The notes beneath the pieces are model-generated. The model had not been told where the DNA came from and did no database searches. It worked only from the letters and a program-made list of their open reading frames with translations. Made by a program: the position numbers and the translations under genes. Positions 56,715 to 64,000 of a stretch of DNA of 64,000 bases are shown piece after piece. Numbering within the stretch: position 1 is the first letter of the stretch; the number at the start of each line of letters is the position of its first letter. Where the stretch lies: the IMG/VR virus record IMGVR_UViG_3300033145_000849, positions 1 through 64,000 of that record, one strand, 5' to 3'. The DNA is from a virus.

Positions 56715-57653
56715 TTAAACTCCCCAATACATTGGAGTTACACTTAATAATTCATTTATGATATCCAGTCCAATTTCTGTAGATGTCCCATGTTTGTAAG
56801 TACCGTCGTCCTGGAGGATCTGCTGAAACATCTTTACCTTAAAATTGTCATCGTTTATATCTTGTAAGATGATTTCACTAGCCCAAGGTTGAAAGGGATA
56901 GTCTGAGTACTTGTATCTCACTACAGTGTCCATGCCTGGAATAGAATATGAAGTTACTATTCCGTTTAAATAGTCTATGTAAAAGTCTCCTCTAGAAGCT
57001 ACAGTAGATGTTGAAGTCTTTTCCGTAAGGAAGAGGTCTGTACGCTCGAAGACTACGCTGCCGTTTACTATGTGGTCGTATGCTAACTTAAACTTAGTAG
57101 AAGAAGGAACTGCCTCTGTATTCTCTAGTCTATTAGACTGGTTGATCAATGTCATAGAACGAGTTTCTCTATAAACAGCAAGATCAAGATTAGCCTCAAA
57201 GTAGGAGGTGTCATTTATTGCATCTACTAGTCGATATAGATGTTCATAGTTACCACCTGGTTCATATCTATCAATAGCCCAATCTAGAACATTATTAGTA
57301 TAGTCTGAATAGAGAAGCAGATAGACACCGTCAAATTTGATGTAGGGGTCCTCAGCCAAGAAGACGCCATCTCCATCTACTTTAGGATTGATAGTAATAG
57401 GTTGGAATAGGCTTAGTCCTAGTTCTCTAGTGATTCCATTGACTAAACCTTTGTAAGTAGAATTGGCTCTGTTAGTAAAAACATCAAAAAGACGTCTCTT
57501 GTATTCCCAGTTGGATTCTGCAGCATTTCTCTTGATGCCAACGACTAGTCCATGTTCGTCAAACTGGTTCCATACCACCTTAGCTTCTAGAGCTCCAGTA
57601 GCGGTCAATATCTTGTCAACGTTAAACAACTGACCAATAGATGAGACAGCCAC
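56715..57653 (-). CDS. baseplate wedge/anchor-like protein
   Basis: FDEHG.....R...E.NWEYKRR and GLVNGITRELGL, reminiscent of tail-I/gp48-like wedge proteins. GTG start. Confidence 0.65.
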   Translation of the reverse strand: MAVSSIGQLFNVDKILTATGALEAKVVWNQFDEHGLVVGIKRNAAESNWEYKRRLFDVFTNRANSTYKGLVNGITRELGLSLFQPITINPKVDGDGVFLAEDPYIKFDGVYLLLYSDYTNNVLDWAIDRYEPGGNYEHLYRLVDAINDTSYFEANLDLAVYRETRSMTLINQSNRLENTEAVPSSTKFKLAYDHIVNGSVVFERTDLFLTEKTSTSTVASRGDFYIDYLNGIVTSYSIPGMDTVVRYKYSDYPFQPWASEIILQDINDDNFKVKMFQQILQDDGTYKHGTSTEIGLDIINELLSVTPMYWGV

Positions 57654-57666
57654 TTATTATCGCTCC

Positions 57667-59286
57667 TTAATCATAAACTCTAACTTGATCGTAATTTTCC
57701 CTAAAATACAGAATCTTCTTATTGATGTCTGCTAACATAACGTCATAGTGACAATTGATTTGATGCTTGTCTCCAGTGTCGTCTAGAACCCAAAGCTTAT
57801 TCTCACTATCAAAATCAACTCCTACAATCTTATTATTGTCTGGTATAATTCCAGTTAAACTAAATTCAGCTGTTGGTTGTTTATAAACTACAGATACAAT
57901 TCTCTGATCTATAGAGGATGATTCATCTGTATAAGAGGTTTCAAGACTATAGATATGATTGCCTCGTTGACCTAAAGTAAAGATATCGCCAGCTCTTAAG
58001 TTTCTGTTTATAGGCTCTCCAAAAGTCCAAGATGTTCGATCTGTATGATAGGTAGTTTCTAAGCCTTCTTCGATACTGTATTTATTACCATCAGGTTTTT
58101 CCACCCATACTCTATGAGCCACAACTCCTATTACAGGTCTTCTCCAGTGATAGTCAAGTTCTATTTGTCCACTCATTAGAACAGTATTGCTACTTGGTTC
58201 TATAACACAATTGGCTTCATAGTCCTTAGAAATCAAAGCAATAGTTTCAGGATACGGAAGATCAGCACTGTACAGATATAAATTGCCTGAAGAAACTACC
58301 CAAATATTATCGGACCAAGGTTCAACTGCTAAGTCTTCAGGAACTATATTCTCACTGTTTGTATCAAGAAGCTCTATGCTAAGCAATGTGCTCTTATCAA
58401 TCCAGCCGTCAAGTCGTAGATCTAATTCGTTAGCATTGTACTTAAGTAAATCGAGAGAGTATTGACCAGTAAAAAGTCCTTTGCCTAGGGTCCAGAAAAG
58501 AGGCATGGCGTTACCGTCTGAGTTGGCAGCCAGCTGATATGCACTAGCATAATCTATAGCATTAAAATTAGCTGAAGAGACCTCTATGTATGTGTCGGCA
58601 GCCTCTTCAATCCCATAGACCTTTACTTCGTCTATTGTGTGGTAGTCCCTAACGGTATGTTTAATTTCGTCATGAACAAAAGGTATTTCTTCTGTAACGT
58701 TTTCGCCGGCTCTTGTCGTACCAGTAATATGAACGATTCCTCTACGAGGAAGATTCTCATCAAAACCAAAATAAGTCGTACCACCTGAAGCAGTGACCCA
58801 CAAATAGTTATCTAAGTGTAGCAACCCTGAAGGAGTAAGAGGATCAAAAGGAGAACTACTTGCTTGTCCACTTGCTAATAGATGAGCTCCAGTAACCGTA
58901 GTCTCCAGGCTTAGTCTATCTGGAACAGTGTGATACCAAAACTGTTCCACACTGTTATCTGTAGCTATTGTTACATCGTATGATGTTCCATCGAGCATTC
59001 CACTTACTGTTGGAGCAGTGAATAACATCTCGCTAGCATCATCATCTTCCGTAAACTGATATGTTTTAGGAAGCTTGAAACGATAGTAAAGATCTATGTC
59101 TGAGACGATAGAGGTGGGAAGGAAATAGTTGGCACCAATACGCTCGATTTGTTTACGTAGATCATCTAGTAAAACACCAGGTCTATTGAGAAGCTGGAAT
59201 CCAAGACTCTGCTCATCAAGCCTGATGTTAGACCAAGGTGGAAATGTATTTACTATTCCTTGAGTAGAAAGACCTTTAACTGGCAC
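57667..59286 (-). CDS. putative baseplate protein
   Basis: 539 aa, directly after baseplate J. FPPWS..R N-terminus. GTG start. Confidence 0.6.
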   Translation of the reverse strand: MPVKGLSTQGIVNTFPPWSNIRLDEQSLGFQLLNRPGVLLDDLRKQIERIGANYFLPTSIVSDIDLYYRFKLPKTYQFTEDDDASEMLFTAPTVSGMLDGTSYDVTIATDNSVEQFWYHTVPDRLSLETTVTGAHLLASGQASSSPFDPLTPSGLLHLDNYLWVTASGGTTYFGFDENLPRRGIVHITGTTRAGENVTEEIPFVHDEIKHTVRDYHTIDEVKVYGIEEAADTYIEVSSANFNAIDYASAYQLAANSDGNAMPLFWTLGKGLFTGQYSLDLLKYNANELDLRLDGWIDKSTLLSIELLDTNSENIVPEDLAVEPWSDNIWVVSSGNLYLYSADLPYPETIALISKDYEANCVIEPSSNTVLMSGQIELDYHWRRPVIGVVAHRVWVEKPDGNKYSIEEGLETTYHTDRTSWTFGEPINRNLRAGDIFTLGQRGNHIYSLETSYTDESSSIDQRIVSVVYKQPTAEFSLTGIIPDNNKIVGVDFDSENKLWVLDDTGDKHQINCHYDVMLADINKKILYFRENYDQVRVYD

Positions 59287-59290
59287 TTAA

Positions 59291-60517
59291 TTACCGCCTA
59301 ATGTAAGCCCGTTCAAAAACAATCGGGTTAATTACTGAGGGTTCTATAATAACTCTTTCGTCATCAACTGGATAATAATCACCCAGTAGTTTCTGACGAA
59401 CCTTATTGTCGTCTAACCTGCTTTCTTTATAGATATAAAGCTCTTCAATAGGATCGCCAGGTTCACCAATATTAGCTATGTTGTCATCAATAGCAAATAG
59501 TTCGCTCACCATCCTGTTAAGAACAAAGGTTTCTCCAATATCTAACTCGTTAACATAAGCCGTAATGACGTCATCTAGAAGGCTTTCAATTTCATCCAGT
59601 TCATCATTTGTAAGCTTTTGTGAATAGTGAATAGTAGCTCTTATGGTAAGCCCAGATTCCTTGGGTCCTCGAACATATATAATGTCACCAAGAGCTTGAA
59701 CCTTAAAGACATTGGCTTCTATTGCTTCGATTAAACTATTTGACACTGTGGGTGTTACAGACTTAACAATAATACCAACAGTTCCAATTCCACGATATCT
59801 AGGAGTAATAATGACATCAGCTACTCCACTAGTGGAAAGAGCAGCTAGTCTTATTGCTGTAATATTTGCAGCCTCTGCCTCTAACACTCTGTTAACTATA
59901 CGATATCTATAGTTGTCGTCACTTTCAAATGATTTACCATTTGCTATAGGATGAACATTTGTAACCTTAAGAGTTTCATTAGTATAATCTGCATAGTTGG
60001 TAAATGAATGATGGACTAAGACTCCTGTTCCGAGGTTAGATTCATCTCCTGGAACTGAAGCTTCAGCAGATACATACACCGTTGAAGCACTAGCGGACAC
60101 AATAGAATTAGTGGTAGTTCTGTATATAACACCAGCATTGTTTACTTCTGTAGAGATAAGCTCGCCAACAGGAAATATAAAATCTGCTCCATTGTTAACA
60201 TCTCCAAGGGTCCCACTGTCCACGTATAGCTTAAGGACTTCCATGCTAGACGTCACAGAAGCAGACTCAGCGACTTTTCTCTCTACACTTAGTAGAGACC
60301 CTATCAGGTCAAGAAACTGTCCTGTAGCAGCAGAGACAAACGCTCTGGCAAGGTTCAAGTCAAAGATATCATAGGCTTCTTCTAGACGCTTATTAGATGC
60401 CTCAAGAAGAGCTCTTGCTTTCGCTCCAGGCGAAAGTCGTGTGATGTTAGTGGTATCAGCCAGACTTTCCACTGAATCAACAGTTAAGTCTTGAAAACTA
60501 CGAGCGAATAAAGGCAT
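59291..60517 (-). CDS. baseplate J/gp47-like protein
   Basis: SPGAKARALLE, ATGQFLDLIG, ESDDNYRYR, SGVADV, RGIGTV, YVNELDIGE. Confidence 0.88.
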   Translation of the reverse strand: MPLFARSFQDLTVDSVESLADTTNITRLSPGAKARALLEASNKRLEEAYDIFDLNLARAFVSAATGQFLDLIGSLLSVERKVAESASVTSSMEVLKLYVDSGTLGDVNNGADFIFPVGELISTEVNNAGVIYRTTTNSIVSASASTVYVSAEASVPGDESNLGTGVLVHHSFTNYADYTNETLKVTNVHPIANGKSFESDDNYRYRIVNRVLEAEAANITAIRLAALSTSGVADVIITPRYRGIGTVGIIVKSVTPTVSNSLIEAIEANVFKVQALGDIIYVRGPKESGLTIRATIHYSQKLTNDELDEIESLLDDVITAYVNELDIGETFVLNRMVSELFAIDDNIANIGEPGDPIEELYIYKESRLDDNKVRQKLLGDYYPVDDERVIIEPSVINPIVFERAYIRR

Positions 60518-60523
60518 TTATTG

Positions 60524-60991
60524 CTAACCTCCAGTAAGATTTGGAACTTTATCCAAAAAGAAAACTCCTCTTTCTAGATAATCAAAAACTATATTAACCG
60601 ACACCTTGTCACCCTGGTCTAGTTGGTTATAGGCAGTGGGAATAGCGTCTATCATTACAACAACCAGTACTTTGTTTCTATGAACAGGAACGATACGGAT
60701 CTTAAGATCTTCTTCTCTAACTACATTAGCTGAAGTTAAAGCAACTCTAAGTCTGTCATGAATGGCCTCTCCTGTACGTCTTGTATTTGGTTCCCCAATA
60801 AAATCATCTAAAGAAGCCCCCCTCTGAGGATAGACTTCCCAGTCTTCCAGAGCACTACCAGCTACATCCTGGACCTGTTGAACCAAAGACTTAAGAGCAT
60901 CATTAGTTGTGTCCTTAATATCTCCCTTATCTAAGCTAAGATCTCCGTTCCAGTTCCAATAGATATCTACTGCGTCATATACTGAAGCCAC
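60524..60991 (-). CDS. gp25/W/XkdS-like baseplate wedge (sheath initiator) protein
   Basis: GDL...GDI, DWEVYPQRGASLDDFIGEPN. Lies immediately before baseplate J. Confidence 0.72.
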   Translation of the reverse strand: MASVYDAVDIYWNWNGDLSLDKGDIKDTTNDALKSLVQQVQDVAGSALEDWEVYPQRGASLDDFIGEPNTRRTGEAIHDRLRVALTSANVVREEDLKIRIVPVHRNKVLVVVMIDAIPTAYNQLDQGDKVSVNIVFDYLERGVFFLDKVPNLTGG

Positions 60992-61003
60992 TACTTTTCC
61001 CCC

Positions 61004-61315
61004 TTAGACCATTAATGCCATAAAGAATGCTAAATCCATAACTATATTCTGCATCATAAACATGGGAGGGAAAGGGATTTGCTTCGGAATTGGTGAAATG
61101 ATTGTAGAAGGCAGCATCTCTAAGAAGTCGTTTATCCCTACAAAGAGGCCACCTTTACGAATAGACATAGAGTCAGCAATCATGCTAATAGGACCCTTAA
61201 AAGTGATCCCTCTGTCATCTACTACTATGAAATTCTTATCATTACCACGTATTTTTATTGATTTATCATCAATCACAATAGATGGTTCTCCACCAGCTTC
61301 AAATATTCTTGCCAT
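61004..61315 (-). CDS. putative baseplate spike-associated small protein
   Basis: Short beta-strand repeats (IVIDDKSIKI, IVVDDRGITFKG). Position between hub and gp25-like genes. Confidence 0.5.
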   Translation of the reverse strand: MARIFEAGGEPSIVIDDKSIKIRGNDKNFIVVDDRGITFKGPISMIADSMSIRKGGLFVGINDFLEMLPSTIISPIPKQIPFPPMFMMQNIVMDLAFFMALMV

Positions 61316-61327
61316 TATATTTTCCTC

Positions 61328-61744
61328 TTACCCTATTCCTGGAGCCGCAAAACCAAAAGAACTTACTTTTTCTGGTGCCTTAGGAACTCTAGTAGTAGGA
61401 CTTTCTCCTGGACTAGCCATAACTTCTGCCTCTAAAGTTTTAGAATATGCCGTTGGGCGGCGAATTCTAACATACATGCCTTTTTCCAAAGCTACATACT
61501 TGTCTGGAACAATTGTATGATAGTTTATTATCTGAATTGGGATACCCTCTTCAACCTTATTGCCCACCATATCTATAAGGCTAGCATATGCTGTACCGTT
61601 TTCACTTGGCTTTTGGATATACCCATAAGGAGGTGGGTCTGGTAATTTTGCTGCTCCTGCAGTATGTGCTTGTCTATTAGCAGCTCTTTGCTGAGTTGCA
61701 TTTGTGGGAGCCTCTCCTTTTATTCCTCTATCTAGTTGGGACAT
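61328..61744 (-). CDS. hypothetical protein (possible spike OB-fold-like)
   Basis: 138 aa with AGGAGGA RBS, in baseplate context. Confidence 0.5.
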   Translation of the reverse strand: MSQLDRGIKGEAPTNATQQRAANRQAHTAGAAKLPDPPPYGYIQKPSENGTAYASLIDMVGNKVEEGIPIQIINYHTIVPDKYVALEKGMYVRIRRPTAYSKTLEAEVMASPGESPTTRVPKAPEKVSSFGFAAPGIG

Positions 61745-64000
61745 TTGTTCCTCCTACCTTATCTGTAGTATAGCTATTTTGCCAGAAATTGCCTCTACTA
61801 TATTGGCCAGTACCTGTTTTAAACAAGTTAGTTACATAATCAATAGTGTCTTCCTTCCACTCATTCCAGACATTATCTCCATCTTGTTTCCAATTTCCAA
61901 GAGCAGTAGTCCAAGATGAGGACGGAATCTTTCTAGTTGGAACTCCACCGGCAAATGGACGGCCATGATATTGTAGTGGCGCCATGATAATAGGTCGAGC
62001 TAACTGTGTGTAATTAACGATCTTTTGCGATAACCAGCCACCAATAGAACCAATTAGATTTCCAGCAACACCAGCAGACCAAGCTAAATTTGGCCATACA
62101 AAGTTTCCTCCACCAAGTCTATCTCTGGTAAATTGTTCAATAACCATGCCTACAGCTTCAGCAGAAGAGATTAGAGACCATTCTGCAGCCTGAACTAACA
62201 TGTCGGGTTTAATTTCAGTAAGGAACCCATGTTCCTGATCAAACAGATGTGTAACCTGTTCTACCTCAACAGGTCCTATCATATCAGTATATCTATCAAC
62301 AACATAGCAGACATCATATGGCTTAATTTTACCATTGCCTATAATAATAATATCTCCCTTATAGATGTCCTTCATGTTCTGACATAGCAAAGAAAGAGCA
62401 TATCGTTTAGCTAGTCCTTCGTTAGTACAGTTGATAACATCTGGCAGAAGAAAAGTTCGAAGATCTTCTGCTGGAAGAGCATTATCTAGTTTAAGAGTAT
62501 AAGTTTCCTTACCTGAAGAAAGAAGTTTGCGCGCCTTGGCACCTTCGCCTCGAGCTCCAACTCCAACAGCTTCTACAGCAGAAGACAGCTTGAATTCCCT
62601 AAGCCACTCGATTGCTATAGTATTGCTAACTCCTCTAGAGTTGGCTTGTATATTATTTGCAACAATATGTTGTCCATCCGTAAGAAGATGATAATTCCGG
62701 AAGGGCTTAATGAAGCCATCTTTTAGAGCCTCGTTGAGTTGCTGTTCTCTTAAGGGTTGGGTCGCGACACTAGACTTGTGTTGGTTTTTTACTCTTTCAG
62801 CAGAAGCCCTGGCAACTCCAGCAAAATCACCATGCACTCCCATTGATCCTATTGAACTTCTCTTTGTTATTGGATGTTTATTCTCAATCTCTTTTATTTT
62901 ATTACGTAATACATCTTGTGCTCTCTGTTCTTCTGCATTCGGAGACCTAGCAAAATAAAGCTGGTTTGGAAGACCAAAGAACATAGTCATCCGTTCTCCA
63001 TATTCGTCTTTATATGGAACAGGAGACGCAATATAGTTAGGATGTCGCAGTTCCATTTCCTTAAAGATGTCCCAGATAGTTGTTCGATAGATAGTAAACT
63101 TAAGATCCTTCCAGGCCCAGCCATCGCCAAGTTCTTGAAGGTCATGTGCTGGGTGAGGTGCAAAGATATTGTCATCTTCTGGCTGAGGTCTAAACTGCCA
63201 TTTGTTAGTTAAGAGTCCTCTATTCTTGGTTCCTCCACCAGATGCAGCAGTCCATCTACCAAAGTGAATAACCTCTGGTTGTGCCATCATGTTTTCTAAT
63301 ATTTTACCAGTAGTAGCATCATCGCCAAAGCCCCATCCATACCAACCAAATATACCTGAAACAGAATGTGTAATAGGACCTTCAATGCCTTTAATGTCTT
63401 GAACAAGCTCTACTGCATAGCTTTGAGCTACAAGTTCTATTAAATCATCAGACTCAGAAAAACTGACACCCATAATTACACCATTAAAAACAGTTGGTAA
63501 ACGATCAGGATCGGAAGAATATCCCATGCGAAGACTGATATTCATGCCTTCCTGAAGCAAAAGAGAAGCAATAGGATTCTCTTTCCTAGTACCTACTTCC
63601 ATTGGATTCGGAGTTTCTACAGCAGCTTTACCTTGAGCTGTTAAAGGTTTGTCGCTGCCTTTGTTCTGACTATATTTTCTATTACTTAAGGTACCTGATA
63701 TGTTTGTTAACTGTATCACACATAAATCTGCAGCAATTTTACGGCTTTTAACTACACGAATAGACTTAACAGCATTATAGCTAAAGAAGTCATCGAAAGA
63801 GAGCCTCTTCTTTTCTCCAAAGTCATCTTCTATAAAGTATAATTTAAAGGTAGGAAAGGCCCGAATAAGACCTTGTCCCTGTCCCCTAAGCATGTCTCGA
63901 CTAAACTCGTTAACAGCAAGCATAATAGGAGAAGAAAGAGTTGATGTAACATCGTTCCTATAAACTTGAGTAGAAAGACGATCTGCTTTTTTCTTTTGTT
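61728..64000 (-). CDS. large tail/baseplate hub-like protein (partial, begins outside window)
   Basis: The frame stays open upstream of 63923 to the window edge. ISLRMGY...VFNGVI and G.I.IIGN..IKPYD...VEQVTH.F..GF.TEI are hub (gpD/XkdQ)-type motifs. Confidence 0.7.
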   Translation of the reverse strand, partial: QKKKADRLSTQVYRNDVTSTLSSPIMLAVNEFSRDMLRGQGQGLIRAFPTFKLYFIEDDFGEKKRLSFDDFFSYNAVKSIRVVKSRKIAADLCVIQLTNISGTLSNRKYSQNKGSDKPLTAQGKAAVETPNPMEVGTRKENPIASLLLQEGMNISLRMGYSSDPDRLPTVFNGVIMGVSFSESDDLIELVAQSYAVELVQDIKGIEGPITHSVSGIFGWYGWGFGDDATTGKILENMMAQPEVIHFGRWTAASGGGTKNRGLLTNKWQFRPQPEDDNIFAPHPAHDLQELGDGWAWKDLKFTIYRTTIWDIFKEMELRHPNYIASPVPYKDEYGERMTMFFGLPNQLYFARSPNAEEQRAQDVLRNKIKEIENKHPITKRSSIGSMGVHGDFAGVARASAERVKNQHKSSVATQPLREQQLNEALKDGFIKPFRNYHLLTDGQHIVANNIQANSRGVSNTIAIEWLREFKLSSAVEAVGVGARGEGAKARKLLSSGKETYTLKLDNALPAEDLRTFLLPDVINCTNEGLAKRYALSLLCQNMKDIYKGDIIIIGNGKIKPYDVCYVVDRYTDMIGPVEVEQVTHLFDQEHGFLTEIKPDMLVQAAEWSLISSAEAVGMVIEQFTRDRLGGGNFVWPNLAWSAGVAGNLIGSIGGWLSQKIVNYTQLARPIIMAPLQYHGRPFAGGVPTRKIPSSSWTTALGNWKQDGDNVWNEWKEDTIDYVTNLFKTGTGQYSRGNFWQNSYTTDKVGGTNVPTR

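Noticed and set aside
51388-57653. Diversity-generating retroelement or invertible shufflon behind the paralogous receptor genes
   Set aside because: No reverse transcriptase, recombinase or inverted repeats in the window. Paralog differences are not adenine-specific and all copies are intact co-oriented ORFs.
11325-63175. Short minus-strand alternative-frame ORFs (11325, 12914, 17364, 32247, 51417, 51621, 62987)
   Set aside because: Each is fully nested in a well-supported gene in another frame, with no motif support.
201-63212. All plus-strand ORFs in the track (e.g. 201-491, 24196-24567, 44179-44547, 54301-54657, 61062-61520)
   Set aside because: They are antisense shadows of long, motif-bearing minus-strand genes and have no recognisable domains.
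1-64000. Stop-codon reassignment as in some jumbo phages
   Set aside because: Code 11 gives near-complete coding density, and TAA, TAG and TGA all end genes immediately before the next RBS or start.
1-64000. tRNA, rRNA and rho-independent terminators
   Set aside because: No cloverleaf or rRNA-like segment, and no convincing GC stem followed by a U-tract, was seen in the short intergenic gaps.

Overview
This window is a densely coding segment of a large, probably jumbo, contractile-tailed bacteriophage genome. Essentially every real gene is on the minus strand, with bacterial GGAG-type RBSs and standard code 11. Reading 64000->1 there are four blocks. (1) Tail/baseplate module, ~31.5-64 kb: a partial hub-like protein, gp25/W-like and baseplate-J-like genes, three paralogous large baseplate/fibre proteins, a duplicated 'anchor + LamG' receptor-binding cassette (one copy carrying a 7-bladed FG-GAP propeller), and fibre/spike proteins. 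(2) An actin-fold ATPase with two small partner genes, 29.5-31.5 kb. (3) A ~26-kb, 27-gene glycan cluster of apparently soluble enzymes, 3.7-29.5 kb: about ten GT or GT-like domains (including a three-member divergent GT-B family and a GT9 with a LAGLIDADG intein ending in atypical Trp-Asp), three DegT aminotransferases, four acetyltransferases of three folds, Rml-like and WbpB/WbpD-like enzymes, three methyltransferases, a B12 radical SAM enzyme and CysC. (4) Holin-like genes, a solo Cas4-like nuclease and a partial DnaG-DnaB primase-helicase, 1-3.6 kb. The best candidate for a novel system is phage-encoded virion glycosylation: the cluster has no flippase, polymerase or initiating transferase, and some adjacent structural proteins are strongly enriched in an S-G-(hydrophobic) motif that could be the acceptor sequon. 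All calls come from reading motifs by eye; no searches were run.
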